In this document: in pieces, positions 24,870 to 38,845 of the stretch
How positions within the stretch are numbered: position 1 is the stretch's first letter
Layout: each line of letters begins with the position of its first letter
Assembly: GCF_963921235.1 (NCBI RefSeq)
Contig: NC_086097.1
Coordinates: 225,806,001-225,870,000 of the forward strand
Source: Mobula hypostoma
Lineage: Eukaryota
Length of the DNA: 64,000 nucleotides
Direction of reading: 5' to 3'
Notes under the pieces: model-generated
What the model was told of the DNA's origin: nothing
Seen by the model: the letters and a program-made list of their open reading frames with translations, nothing else
Database searches by the model: none
Position numbers and translations under genes: made by a program

Positions 24870-27680
24870 ATTAGAGTCTTCAGCAGACAGAGAGAGAAAG
24901 GAAGAAAAATAGGAATCACAAATATAACAGCAACACGGTTGTTGTAGGAGATGGCATTAAGTTCCCCAGTATTGACTGGGACTTCCTTGGCGCTAGAGTT
25001 ATAGATGGAACAGAATTTTATAGATGCATCCAGTAACATGTAGATAATCCAATCAAGGAAGAAGCTACACTGGACCTTTTATTGGGAAATGATCCTTGCC
25101 AGGTGATCAGAGTTTCAATGGGAGATCTATCTGCATTCAGTGTTCATAACTCTGCCAGGAAGGGATGGACAACAAAAAGGCCAATAAGTCCAAGCCTAGT
25201 TACAACAGTATTAGGCAGGAACTGGAAAAAGTAGATTAGGAGCAGTTGTTATTGGGTAAATCTACATCTGACATGTTAGTGTCACTTAACAGCCAGCCAT
25301 TCAGAATTCAGTACCAATTTGTTTCTGTGAGGAATAAGAATGGAAAGTTTTGTGAATTTTGGATGATTAGAGATGTTATAAATTTAGAACCTAGGACATA
25401 GAAAAGCTACAGCACAATACAGGCCCTTCGGCCCACAATGCTCTGTTGAACATGTACTCACTTTAGAAATTACCTAGGATCACCCATAGCTCTCTATTTT
25501 TCTAAGCTCCATGTACCTGTCCAAGAGTCTTTCTAAAGACTCTATTATATCCACCTCCACCACCATTGCTGGCAGCCCATTCTATGCACTCACCACTCTG
25601 CATAAAAAACTTACACCTGACATCTCCTCTGTGCCTACTTCCAAGCACCTTAAAACTGTGCCCGCTCCTGTTAGCCAGTTCAGCCCTGGGAAAAAGCCTC
25701 AGACTATCATTATCTTATACACCTTTATCAGGTCACGTCTCATCTTCCATCACTCAAAGGAGAAAAAGTCAAGTTCATTCAACCTATTCTCATAAGGCAT
25801 GCTCCCCAATCCTGGCAACATCCTTGTAAATCTCCTCTTCACCCTTTCTGTAGTTTCCACATCCTTCCTGTAGTGAGGTGTTAACTCATCAAGTTACCAA
25901 CCACTGAAGTAAGATTCACTGGTGTATAATTTCCTGGGCAATCTCTACTCCCTCTCTTGAATAATGGAACAACACCTGCAACCCTCCAATCCTCCAGAAC
26001 CTCTCCCGTCCCCATTGATAATGCAAAGATCATTGCCAGAGGCTCAGCAATCTCCTCCCTTGCCTCCTACAGTAGCCTAGGCTGTAACTTGTCCAGTCCC
26101 AGTGACTTATCCAACTTGATGCTTTCCAAAAGCTCATTAAATTTGGTCAAAAAGGGAATATATGTAAGGTTTTTGAAGCTTAAATCAGAGAGAGCCCTTA
26201 AGGAATACCAAGGAAGCAGGAAATAACTCAAATAGGGAATTAGGAGGACTAAACATAGACATATTTTTACAAAAAAATAGTCCCTGATGAGTATCTTAAG
26301 GAAAATCCTAAGGCATTTCATACACATGTTAAGAAAAAGAAAGCAGCTAGTTAGATGGCAGGGCAACTCCAGGGTAAAGGAAGAAATTTATGCCTGACGC
26401 CAGAGCAAGTTGTGAGGTACCAACTGGTAATTTTCATCGTATTCTCCATGGGGAATGATATGCAGGATAGTGAGATCAGGAAGAAGGAGGGGAATGTTTA
26501 TTAAGAAGGAGGAACTGTGGGGTTTCTTGAGGGACATTAAAGTGGGTAAGGCCTGATGGGATTTATCACAGTTTATTGGAGGAGGGAAGATAGGATACAC
26601 CTGGAACCTTAAGAAAGATCTTTGTATCTTCCTTAGCCACACATAAAATCCAGGAACAGCAAAGTAGCTGATGTTCTTTTGTTCTTTGTAAAAGTAAATT
26701 GATGTAATCTATCAAATTATAGGTTAATGATGCTTACATTGGTGATAGAAAAATTAGTAGAGAAAATTTGCTCATATTTGGAAAAGCACAGATTTATTAG
26801 AGAACCTAGCATAGCTTTGAGTAGGGGAAGTTATCTTTAATTTTTTTATTGTGGAGATGACAAAGATGATTAATGAGAGAAGTGCAATGGATGTTGTCTA
26901 CTTGGATTTCATTAAAGCATTTGACAAGGTCTATCATGGTAGGCTGATTGAAGCATACAGGACCTATGATGAATTGGAAGATTGGATTCAAGATTGGCCA
27001 CAGTGGTGAATGGGTATTATTCTGTCTGTGACCAATAGTTTTCCACAAGAGTTGATGCTGGAACCTCAGTTATTTTGCTATATATTTACACAAAAATTGT
27101 TGGAGTTGTGGACAGTAAGGAAAGCTGACAAAGGATATAGATCAATTGGAAATATGGGTTGAAATTGTTAGATGAAGTTTAATTTGGACAGGTGTGAGAT
27201 GTTACATTTTGGAAGATCAAATGTAAGTTAAATGTTACAATAAATGACGTTGGAGTATAAGTCCGCAGCTACCTAAAAATGGTAACATAACCATCTAAGA
27301 TGGTAAAAGAGGCATTGAGCATACAGTTCAAGGGGTGGAATTTTGGGTAAAAAAGATAGAAAATCATGTTGCAACTTTCTGTAATATTGGATGGTGATAG
27401 AAATATATAGAGTGTTGAGAGGCATAGATTGGGTAGCTAGTTAGAGTCTTTTCTAACTGTCAAATACATGTAAGCGAGTGATCTTACGCCAATAGTTTAG
27501 GTGCCTGAATGTGTTGTTGGGGAGATGAAGAAGCAGATATGATAACAACACTTGTGAGGCATTTCAGCAGGCAGATGAACAGATGGGGAATGGAGGGATA
27601 TGGGCCAGATGGGATTAGTTTAATTTGGCTTGGAAGTCATAGTCTGACAGACCTGTTCCTGTACTGTCATGTTATAGATT
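24870..27680 (+). mobile_element. Old, highly decayed CR1 containing a nested insertion
   Basis: Endonuclease-like remnants near 24950-25150, GATGTTGTCTACTTGGATTTCATTAAAGCATTTGACAAGG (DVVYLDF.KAFDK) at about 26890, and MEGYGP plus 3' UTR at about 27590. Confidence 0.7.
25386..26137 (-). mobile_element. Internally deleted CR1 inserted in the older CR1
   Basis: CATAGAA tail and 3' region are joined to a LDKSLGLDKLQPRLL (pre-RT) piece. Candidate TSD TAAATTT at 25379-25385 and 26138-26144. Confidence 0.75.
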
Positions 27681-28699
27681 CTATATGTGCTGTGGATATA
27701 AAAATACATACATCCAGATTGCAGGTGAATTAAGCAGAACGGGAGAGGAAAGGATTCTAATTGTTTGATATATCAGCCCAGGGCAAGGTCTCATTTCAAA
27801 TCTCACACAGTGCATTCTTGAACAACATACTAAAGAAGGGTACAATATTTTCCTGTTACCTTCCTCACAGTTTTATATGTACTTTGTCCCAGGTTGGTGG
27901 CAACCAAAGTGAAAGATTTGCACCTGCCCTACAGATTGGTTGGAACCCATTGACACAAACAGCGCCAATTCCAATGATCACAGCTTTCTCTGCATTCCCT
28001 GGCCCTGTCCAGAGTGAGATGCTAACACAACCTTGCCAACTCGGAGGTGGGAAAACCATTACTGAACTGGTCATCACCACATCTGATGCTCTAGCACAGC
28101 TGGATGTATGCTTCGTGATGATGTGCCAAGACAATAAATTTGTGAAAGAGACATTCTGAATGAGAGATTTATTAATAACATGGGCTTGGTATGAAATGCT
28201 TCCAGAAAGTAACCAAAAGCTCATGCAATATAAAGGGTTCATACAAAGGGGAAAATAAAAGAAGTTTCAGCTTGTTAAAAGGAAATTAGTTATTAGGACA
28301 CAGCACAACTTACTGAGCTAATCCATTGGGCTGGATTTTAATTTGTATTTATGGCTGAAGTGAGGCTTCAGCTGGTAAAGCAGGGCTGTTAAATGTGGTG
28401 TGAGTGACAATATGTGAGGAAGTCACCAGAATCTCATACACTTCTGCATTTAACCCATGTGTCATAGGATGCATGTGAGGACACTTTACACCATACAGAC
28501 CAACAACTTCAATTAGTTAATCACTCTATCAAAGCGAAAAACTCATGGGTTTCTAGTTTCATTTATGTTCCTGGGCTTCTCTGAACCTGACGGTTAAAAC
28601 AAATTGGGTGCTGAAGAACTGTCAGAGAGTACCACAAATTCATGTTTACTTTCTCGATTGCTGATGTGAAAGGCTTTGTCCATATAACTTCTGGAGAGC

Positions 28700-28787
28700 T
28701 GAGCAACACACGCAAAATGCTGGAGGAACTGAATAGGCCAGCCAGCATCTAGGAAAAGAGTTAATGTTTCGGGCCGAAACCCTTCAT
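28700..28787 (-). mobile_element. Penelope pLTR-derived short repeat with a truncated hammerhead
   Basis: Reverse complement CATGAAGGGTTTCGGCCCGAAACATT..GATGCTGGCTGGCC..GTTCCTCCAGCATTTTGCGTGTGTTGC. Confidence 0.7.
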
Positions 28788-29046
28788 GTTTGTTTTCGTG
28801 GAGTGTTGGTTATGCCTATGCTGACACTAACATTAGCAATTCTGGAGTTTTATTTCTAAACATTAGACAAAAGCATTGCCTGGGGTGATGGTACATTAAG
28901 GATATTTAAGAGAGATTCTTAGATATGCACATGGATGAAAGAAAAATAGAGGGTTATGTAGGAAAGGAGGGTTCGATTGATCTTAGAGCAGGTTAAAGGT
29001 CTGCCACAACACCTTTAAAGAGTCTGCACTGTGCTGTACTGTTCTT

Positions 29047-29585
29047 CACACAGTGGCCACCTCATTAGGTACCCTCTGTATATTCACGGTCTTCACTTGC
29101 TATAGCCCTTCCACTTCAAGGTTTGACATGATGTGCATTCAGAGATGCTCTTCTACACACGACTGTTATAATGCATTACTATTTGAGTTACTCTCACCTT
29201 CCTGTCAGCTTGAACCAGTCTGGCCAGTCTCCTCTGACCTCTCTCATTAACAAGGCCACTTGACTCACAGAACTGCCACTCACCGGATTTTTCCTTGCTT
29301 TTGGCGTCATTCTCTGTAAACTCGAGGGAATTCTGTGCATGAAAATCCCAGAAGATCAGCAGATTCTGGGATACTCAAACCGACCCATCTGGCACCAACA
29401 TGGTCCGTCACGTAGATCACATTTTTTTCCCCCAAGTCTGATGTTTGGTCTGATCAACAAATGAAGCTTTCAACCATGCCTGTATGCTTTAATGGATTGA
29501 GTTGCTGCCGGATGATTTGCTGATTAGATATTTGCATTAATGAGCAGGTGTACCGGTGTATGTAATAAAGTGGTCACTCAGTCTA
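29047..29585. mobile_element. Non-autonomous Tc1-like element
   Basis: Imperfect TIRs CACACAGTGGCCACCTCATTAGGTAC and GTATGTAATAAAGTGGTCACTCAGTC. Confidence 0.6.
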
Positions 29586-30475
29586 TGTTCCCTGTTCAAT
29601 GTTCTATCACCATGTATGATCTCTACTTCGCAGCTCTGGCCTATCACATCAGTGGGGTGTTGGTTTCATTGCCTTAGAGTTCAGTATGTATGGCAGTGGA
29701 AGCAGAAACCTGAACAACTGTGATAACAGCTGTAGGTTGCTCGACACTGACCAGTTGTTCCATATTAGAGAACGGATTAGGTGCTCACCTCTCTGTAGGT
29801 CAAATCTAGTGCCCAGGGTGAATGAAGGAAAAGCTTCTGTGACATGGCTTCTGTTCCATAAATATGCAACTGATGCCTAGCTACAGGAAAGTCTTCAGGC
29901 AGGTAGATAAATGTCTAACGTGCCTTTGTCCTGCAGCAGTTCTCGTTTATACTCCAAATTCACTTGTTCTCAGAGACAAAAGCCATCCTGTTTAAGATGG
30001 GGAGAAAGCAGTCATTGCTAGAAGTAAAGCCACATGTCAGCCAGAGGTATCTTTGGAAGTTGAAGATCCCTTTGCTATATCTTCTATAGACATGCTTTGC
30101 AGTTGATATATCTGGACATCATTACTTTCCTCAGCTTATCCAATCTGACTCTAGGACAGGTATGACAGTATGGGGTTTATTGACTGAAAAGTTCAAAACT
30201 CAAGCAAAGACCTTAAGCCCCATTGGATATAAATAGCCCCAAGTAGTCTCAGTAAAGGGAGATTATATATTGTAACTACCCAATCTTCAAAGACCAGTTC
30301 ACATCCCTGTTTATTCTCCATGGTGAGCTTAGCTGCCAATACCCACTATTCAAGCGGTGGGTCTCCTCTCTCTATCAAGGAATAGATACTTCCAGCTAAC
30401 AAAGTAGTTTAAGCACTGTTAATTTACATTAAATCTAGACAATGTTCTTAAAACACATTTAAAACTCACAGAGGA

Positions 30476-30525
30476 TAGTCATAGTCATAGTCATACTTTA
30501 TTGATCCCGGGGGAAATTGGTTGAA
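30476..30525 (-). repeat. About 50-bp retroposed LINE 3' tail
   Basis: TAGTCATAGTCATAGTCATACTTTATTGATCCCGGGGGAAATTGGTTGAA matches 2751-2800. Confidence 0.6.
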
Positions 30526-31217
30526 TTCCTAGCATATAGAAGACTTCCAAATTACAAACCACTTCTAGCGCACAAACGATTGACAAAACATAAGAACAAT
30601 TCCGATAAGCTAAAAAGACATACCAACAATGCAGATGATCCAGTTGTCCATCACAGAAATCGAAGGGTGAGGATTGGATTCTGGTTCACCCATGGTTTCT
30701 GTCATGCTTCACGATGTTCCGTAGCCCATTCTGAATAAGACTGAACTGCTCTCCTCATTTATAGTATTTCTTAGCCACTGTGCTATTTCCTCAGATACCC
30801 TTTTTAGACAAACAGTCTCAAAGCTTCTTGGAGACACAGTTCCCAGATCCCCATAATTAGTACTATGAAGCTGTCTCCATGAGCACACAAACCTCCTGAC
30901 TTTTGAATAGACCTGGTATTGATGTGCTAAGTGATTGACTCAATCTGAACTTCAAGCTTCCTTGAACTAAACAACTTAGAGAGTGTTGTCTGTTTTGAAA
31001 CAAGTCAAATTAAATAAGCCATTGTGCATACTGCCTCTCTAAAGCAAAAATAGCCCAGATGCACAGACCCAACATCTTGCTTTCTATAGGTATGCTTCTT
31101 TTGACAAAGCTGCCATTCCAACTTCAAACTGATTATTGTTTGCAATTTATACTAAGATCTGAGGACTGGCTCCCATTTACTACTAGAGGCTAAGCAATGA
31201 ATACTAGTTGGAATTTG

Positions 31218-31742
31218 AGAAACATAGAAACATAGAAAATGGCCGAGTTCACTCAACCTATTCTCATAAGGCATGCTTCCCAATCCAGGCAACATCCTTG
31301 TAAATCTCCTCTGCACCCGTTCTATAATTTCCACATCCTTCCTGTAGCGAGGTGACCAGAACTGAGCACAGTACTCCAAGTGGGGTCTGACCACGGTCCT
31401 ATATAGCTGTAACATTACTTCTCGGCTCTTAAACTCAATCCCACAGTTGGTGAAGGCTAATGCACTGTATGCCATCTTAACCACGGAGTCAACCTGTGCA
31501 GCAGTTTTGAGGTTCTATGGACTAGGACCCCAAGATCCCTCTGATCCTCCACACTGCTAAGAGTCTTATTTTATTTGACCTACAACAATCATGAAGAAAG
31601 GGATCCCAGAACAGATCCCTGAGACACACCACTGGTCACTGACCTCCATGCAGAATATGACCCGTTTACAACCACACTTTGCCTTCTGTGAGCAAACCAA
31701 TTCTGGATCACAAAAGCAAGGTCCCCTTGGATTCCATGCCTT
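31218..31742 (-). mobile_element. CR1 fragment
   Basis: LQLYRTVVRPHLEYCAQFWSP..ERVQRRFTRMLPG with an (AAACATAG)n tail. Confidence 0.85.
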
Positions 31743-32479
31743 AACTTACAATTGTTTAAACTTTACAGGTGGCAGTTGTGGTGTTTAGAAAGCTGAGTGT
31801 GGCAAACAGGAGAGGATTGCTAGCTCAGGAAACGAATATCCATCACACTGGAAAACTCCCTCGGGATGCTGGCATTAGAGGTAAATGCCAGACAATGCGT
31901 ATTTCCATCAAAAGCAGATTTGTTCACCATTCTGGTTCTTGAGATGGCAGGTTAGGCATATGCTGATCAAACCGGGACCGTACACTCTTGACCTTAGACG
32001 AATGACAGATAACCTCCTTGAAACATAAAAAAAAATCTTACAGATCTGGACAGGGCACAAATGGGAATACATTTCTCTTGGCTTTGTATGTCTAAAACCA
32101 AGGGCAGTAGTCTCAAAAAAGAGTCAGCTGTTCAGAACAAAAAAAAATTTTCATACAGGCAATGATGCATCTTACGAGTTCATTGTTCAAGACTGTGTTA
32201 GCTCATTCATTGATAATATTTTGGACACTAAAGAAATCAAGGGATATGTGTTCCATGCAACAAAGTGGCGAAGAGGTACGCAATGATGTAATTGAATTGA
32301 ACGTCAGGCATGAGGGGCCAAATGGCCTATGGCTCTTTCATCCATCAGCAGGGAAGATTATCTCCTTTGCACAATGTCCAGCAATTATTCATTCAACCAA
32401 GGAATAGTTTGGATTAGCTATTCTTCTTTCTTTCCATTCTTTTGTTCTTCTCCCATCTCCAGAAACTGTAAAACATCCA

Positions 32480-33050
32480 TTTGTAATACCTCTTTAATTA
32501 TTGAAGTTTGAAGTCCAAATTCACATCTCTCACTCTCTAACCCATTTATCTTTCCTCATGCTTTCCAACACAACATATTTACGAGATTAATATTCCCACA
32601 AACCTGAAGGCCATCCATTTCCCTTCTTTGACTTCCTTTCTAGCTGAAACTTTAACCATTTTCACCCCATCTTTTCTCAAGTTTCTTGTCATCTGCACCT
32701 CCAAGAAAAAAATTACATAAAAATCCTTCAGTCCCTTGCAAATTACTGATTTACTGTATCTTCAACCTTGCTTACCTTTATAGTGCTCTTGAAAGCATAT
32801 ATATTTTAAATCCATATGTGTCCTTTCTTGTTTGAATCCCTCCTAATAGATTTTTTCTTCTACCACAGTACTGAAATAGTTCTTTCAAAGCCACCGATGC
32901 CACTTTGTTAGATTGTGACAGATAATCTATTCCTCTTTATTATTCTTGATCTTTCATCTGCTTTTGACATTTTTGACCACATTGTATTCCTCCAATACGT
33001 TCCCCATGCCTAGCTGGATGTGTCCACACTTGCTCTATTTTTATATTCTC
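32480..33050 (+). mobile_element. Ancient L2-like RT remnant
   Basis: 32864-33000 reads HSTE..LSK..LDLSSAFDIFDH, matching the L2-type HSTETAL..LDLSAAFDTVDH motif. Confidence 0.6.
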
Positions 33051-33271
33051 ATTGTCATGCAACATTGCATCAGGCCCTTTGGCCCATCACATCCGTGCTG
33101 ACCATTAAGTACCCAACTACACCCCCACCTATCACCTAGCAGCCTCTGACACTATTTTCACTCTCCCTTCCTCTATCTGTTTGTCACTCCTCCTCACCAT
33201 GATTTATCTATTGCTTGTCCACTTAGCAATTTCTCATCAATTTCACTAATTTTTATGGCTTTACCATTGAG

Positions 33272-33649
33272 TGTTGGGGTGGAGATATGTCTTTCCGAAG
33301 GAGGTGTAAGGCGTTGCTACCTTCTGCTAGACTGTAGGTCACCTTTGGGCAAGGTGAAGCACCTGCTTAGCACCCTGATCAGGGCCACGTGAAGCCATGG
33401 CAGCAGGCTTTGATGGTCATATGAGCAGCTGGTCCATATCACAAATCCTCATTATGTGACCACAGATGCCGGACAGACAATCTCTGAAGAGTATTGATGA
33501 TGGCTGGGGTCACCCATCTTGTAAAAACACTGCCCAGAAGATGACAATGACAAGCTATTATGGTAGAAAAACTTGCCAAGAACAATCATGGTCATGAGAC
33601 CATGATCACCTACGTCATACAACATGGCACAGAATGATGATGATGATGA
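33272..33649 (+). mobile_element. SINE-like repeat with an RTE-like 3' end and (ATG)n tail
   Basis: A homologous inverted copy lies at 63685-64000. The element ends in ATGATGATGATG. Confidence 0.7.
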
Positions 33650-34190
33650 CCATTGAAAACATCTTATTGAAGATGCATCACGGCTTGATGTGACAATTAC
33701 TCTGTTCATGATCGCCAGAGACAGCAGAGGGTTGTGGACGCCACTCAGCGCATCACAGAAACCAGCCTCTTCCCCATCCACTCTCTACACTTTCCACTGC
33801 CTCGGTAATGCAGCCAACATAAACAACCTCCCCAACCACCCTGGATACTTTCTTTTTTCCCACCCATTCCCATCTGGTAGAGGATACAAAACCCTGAAAG
33901 CACAAGCCACCAAGCTCAAAGATAGCTTCTATCCCACTGTTACAGGACTACTGAACAGACTTCTTGTACTTCAAGATTGACTCTTGACTTCACAACCAAC
34001 ATCAGTATGGCTGGCGTCTTATTGTCTACATGCACTGCACTTCCTCTGCAACTGTAAAATGTTATTCTGCAATCTGTTATTGTTTTCCCTTGTACTACTT
34101 CAAAGTACTGATAAGCTGAAATGATCTCTATGGATGACCCGCAAAACTAAGTTTTTCACTCTACCTCCGTACGTGTGACAATAATTAACC
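33650..34190 (+). mobile_element. Rex1/Babar-type 3' fragment
   Basis: HPGYFLFSHPFPSGRGYKTLKAQATKLKDSFYPTVTGLLN. Confidence 0.75.
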
Positions 34191-34467
34191 GTTTTACAAA
34201 ATCTACCAATTTACTAGCTCTTTCTCCACTCCTACCCTTTACTCCTGTACACTGGCTATCACCTCTCTACCCTTTGACCTGAAATTTCAGCTGTCCATTT
34301 CCCTCTACAGAGTCTACCTGAACCTCTGGGTTTTTCCAGCAGTTTGATATTTGTTCTGGATTCCAACATCTGCACTCTCATGTGTCAACATTAAATCTGT
34401 TTTCCCTCTTGCATCAACATCTACACCCCCCCCCCACCACCCGTGTCTCCAGATACACATTTTCATT

Positions 34468-34657
34468 AGGGACAGTATGCCGTAGCAATTAGCCTCCCTA
34501 ATCAGTACATTTTTGGTCTTGGAGAGGCAGTTGTTGCACTTGGGATGAAGCCACATGTCACAGGGAGAATGTGCAAACTCCACAAAGACAGCACAGAATT
34601 TCCGGAATAAACTAGAGTCCCTGGACCTCTGAGGCAGCAACAACACTAATTGTTGTG
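34468..34657 (-). mobile_element. HE1/V-SINE-like tRNA-derived SINE
   Basis: The reverse complement contains GCTGCCTCAGAGGTCCAGGGAC..GTCTTTGTGGAGTTTGCACATTCTCCCTGTG, the V-SINE head and core. Confidence 0.75.
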
Positions 34658-34856
34658 TTGCTCGGATTTTCAGCATCCACAGATTTTTTGGTGTTTGTAT
34701 TGCTGCATAGTTGTTCTGCCTGGTCAGAAACAAAAGTAAATTCTAGTGCTTGTTTCCCCTTCCATGCCTTCAAAATTACCTTTAGTATTTTCCAAAGATC
34801 TATCCTTGGACTGCTCTTATTTCACATCAACATGCTGATCTAAACCATGTCCTTAA

Positions 34857-35095
34857 TGTTCTGTTTTGTAGCTCTAAAACATAACAAAGGAAGACAAGAG
34901 AGTCAGGAGATAAGGCATGCACTTCATGTCTTTATTTACTTTAAGCGTGAGGTGTGCATGTATCGTGTGGTAGCATCATGACGTGTGCAATTTGTGTCTT
35001 TTTGCATATAAATCCTAATGAATTATTTAAATGAACAAGAATGCTTAATCAAACAATATATTTCAGTAATGCTCAAATATTACTAGCTGCACAAC
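34857..35095. mobile_element. Possible decayed solo LTR
   Basis: Starts near TGTT, ends CACAAC, and has a minus-strand AATAAA near 34932. No clear TSD. Confidence 0.35.
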
Positions 35096-38000
35096 CCATT
35101 CACTGTGAGTAAATTGTCTGATTATTTACTTGTTGGCGGTTATTCAACCTCTGCAACCCTATCTCCCACCAAGTCCTGTCCAGTCATTACACTTAATCTT
35201 GCACCCACTTGGCTCCCAGTTAAGGAAGGTCTGAGCTGTAAATTTCTTGCTTTGAAATGTCCCTATGGACTTTCCCTTTCCCTTTCCTATTTCAGCAATA
35301 CACTCGGTCCTAAAATCATGTGTGATATCCCAGTCCCTCTAATCCTGACCTTCTGTTCATTCCTGAAATTAATTGCTCCCCCTTTGTTGATTGTGTCTTC
35401 TGTTGCCTTGTCCTGAAAGTCTGGAATTTCCTCCTTAATTCATTTCTACCTTCCTTCACTTAGTCAGCATGATTCTTCAAACCTAATTTCTTAATCAACC
35501 TAATGTGACTGGCTACAAAATAACCTGTTACTTTATTTCAGAACTAGAAAAAATTATTTTATTTCAGAAAAATATATGAAGAGAATCAAGATATTTTTGA
35601 AACATCTTTGAATGACATTTACATTAAGAGTACTACATAAACAAAACATATTTTTGTTGTTGATATTCTTAACCAACATTTTGTTAAATTGTTACACCAT
35701 CTCAATAATAATTTCTGGTATTGATATTGCAGAGTTATGACTTCACAATGTAGACGGTTATGCATCTGAAATAAATATGCATCCTTAATAATATGGTGCA
35801 AAGTCCTGTCATTTTTAGTTTATTCAACGTATTTTGCCAATCCTATTTTCCAAGATATGCTTGCTATTCAATATTATTTTTGGCTTCTCATCTTGATCTC
35901 TTTCAATATAAATGCTTCTTTGAAGGCTATTTCTATTACTTTGCAGGGACTCGTTTTTCTGTGTTCTCCAGAGCATGATAAACCTTCTTGTTGTAGAATG
36001 GAGTAATTATTTGATTACCTATTCTAAATTATCTATATACATTATATCAATTTGAAATTGTTTTATTTATACAATTAAACTCTGGTATACTGTATGTCAT
36101 TACTGGCTTTAAATCAGATAAATAATTCAAATGTTGATATGGTTCTTCTATAATATTTCAATTTTTTAAAAAGATGCTTTGTAGTGCCAATATGCACCAC
36201 AGGAGACATATTTACACATATTACTTGCTTTGTCTTTATGTAATTTTATAATTAGTCATTTATGCAAATAATAATCTTGACACAAGTAATTTGCAGTAAA
36301 ATGATAGTTATCATAAATCACTTTATAAGCTAATAAGTGTTAGAATAAGGTAACTAGTTCTGACATTTGTTCAAAACATGATGCTTTAGAAATGTATCTC
36401 ACAACTCACTGTCAAATCATTGCATATCACTCATTCTGATATGTAAATGCATGCATTTAATACTGTAATATAATCATTATACAGCATGTGAATTATGTGT
36501 CTATTGGTTAGACTACAACAAGCACAAAAATACTGTTATATTTTAAGGAAACCATCACATTTTATAACTGAAATTCTGAAAATCATTATATGCTAACACG
36601 AAATTAATGTAAAGGTTTTTAATTCATATGTTGGCATGATACACATTGGAAATTAATAATATCTTTCTTTGCCCTCATGCATTCTTCACTGAAATCAACT
36701 AACAAACTGGCACAAAAATTGCATTTCTCATGAGGAATGAGTAAAAATTATGAAAAAAAAATTGCTTGATTTAAATTTACAAATCCTACTTGCAGCGTTC
36801 ACATTTTTATGATAGTAGACAGCTATCTGTGTCAGAAATAAAATGGAGTAGATGTATCTAGTGTTTAAAGAATAAGGACAACGTTTTACCAAAATATGTA
36901 TTGAGAAACAGAGGGAAACAATTAGCTCCTTCTTTTGAAGGTACAATGGTTACGTACTGTGATAAAAGAAGCTTTTGATCTGAGATGATCGAACGTCTTC
37001 CAATTACCTCAGATGCTCAAATGTTGCAGCCAGCTCCTTTGAAGAGATGCTGGACCTCAGTGGGAAGTCTGCCTGCCATTTCATACCTTGTTGCAATGAA
37101 TGTGATCATCAATGGTTTCAAATGCTCAACAGTTACAATAGGGCTTTTTGAAGAATTGCTAGACCTCTTCAGGGCTATATAAAATACGAGGTACTTTGTC
37201 CGTATTTGTAGGTCTGGGTTTACCTCAAGGCCAATAGACCTTTTCGATTGGCTGAGGTGCTAACCTATGTCATCTGGCTGAGAGATGAACAGAACTGGAC
37301 AACAGTGAAGAAAATGGAGGACTGGCTATAAGAGACAATTTAACATTGACGGCTGATGATGTTGTTATGGTCAAATTGCTGGAAATATTGCATTTGAAAC
37401 AAAACTGTAGCAGTAGCAGCATGAAGCAACAAGACCCTGCTTTCTACAAACATTTGAGAGGCCAGGCCTATTGAATAATATTGAAAAATAGCAAGGATTG
37501 CTTACCTTGACTTTTATATTTTCTTTCCACCTAGTCCCTTTCTAAAATTATAATAGTTCACTAATTTATCTAAATTATTTTATGTTTTTACCACATTCCT
37601 TGCACTTTTAAAACAAGGTCCATGGTTTTGTGTCAATAATCTAGTGACGTTCTTTTGATCAAGGCTGGTACATTTTGTAAATGTTGTAAGGCTTCTACAT
37701 TCTTATCCTTGAAAATATCAGTGAACAAATACATGGAGAAAAACACTGAAACCGTTCTCTAAAGTGCTTTTTGACTTTAGCAAATCAGCTGTCAGTTAAA
37801 TTCACAAGCATAATATTATGTATGCTCTTCAGCATATTTCACTGGGATTGTATTTAATCGCTTAACTCACGATTACCAGATTTTACATAAACAAGATGAA
37901 ATCATTCATTTCTCATTCAAAAAAGCTGGACAAATTGAACCACAAAATAACTCATATTTGTTCACTGACTTCACTCTTCTTTACTGTTTTATCAAAACTA

Positions 38001-38364
38001 ATTTCTTTTTTATTCCTCTAATAGCCAGAGACTGCTGCTAAGGGTTGTTCAAAAGTGAAGTGAACTTGGAGTGCAAACTCTTAGTCCAAACACTCAATTA
38101 GGGTCCATGCAAGAAATTCATAGAAATGGACTAACTCCAGTTGAAATGTGTTCCGGTCGTTTACACCTGCAGACAAGAAATAAAATGTAACTAGCATGCC
38201 TTCCAAAGTGACCTTACCCAATTCTGTGTCCCTCCAACATTTTACGGAGCAGAATTTAGAGAAGGGTGTCATTCCTTAAAAGTATACATTCTAGGGCATC
38301 TTCACAGTAGCAACACACAGTCTGGCTGCCATAGAGGAGACAAGAAGTACAGATGTGAGAGAAA

Positions 38365-38845
38365 GACCATAAGACAAAGGAGCAGAAGTCAACCATTCGG
38401 TCCATCGAGTCTGCTCCGCCATTTTATCATGAGCTGATCCATTCTCCCATTTAGTCCCACTCCCCCGCCTTCTCACCATAACCTTTGATGCCCTGTCTAC
38501 TCAGATACCTATCAATCTCTGCCTTAAATACACCCAATGACTTGGCCTCCACTGCCGCCCGTGGCAACAAATTCCATAGATTCGCCACCCTCTGGCTAAA
38601 AAAATTCTTTCGCATCTCCGTTCTGAATGGGCGCCCTTCAATGCTTAAGTCATGCCCTCTCGTACTAGACACCCCATCATGGGAAACAGCTTTGCCACAT
38701 CCACTCTGACCATGCCTTTCAACATTCAAAATGTTTCTATGAAGTCTCCCCTCATTCTTCTAAACTCCAAGGAATACAGTCCAAAAGCGGACAAACGTTC
38801 TTCGTATGTTAACCCTCTCATTCCCGGAATCATTCTAGTGAGTCT
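38365..38845 (-). mobile_element. CR1 3' fragment
   Basis: RKNFFSQRVANLWNLLPRAAVEAKSLGVFKAEIDRYL with a CCATAAGA tail. Confidence 0.9.
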
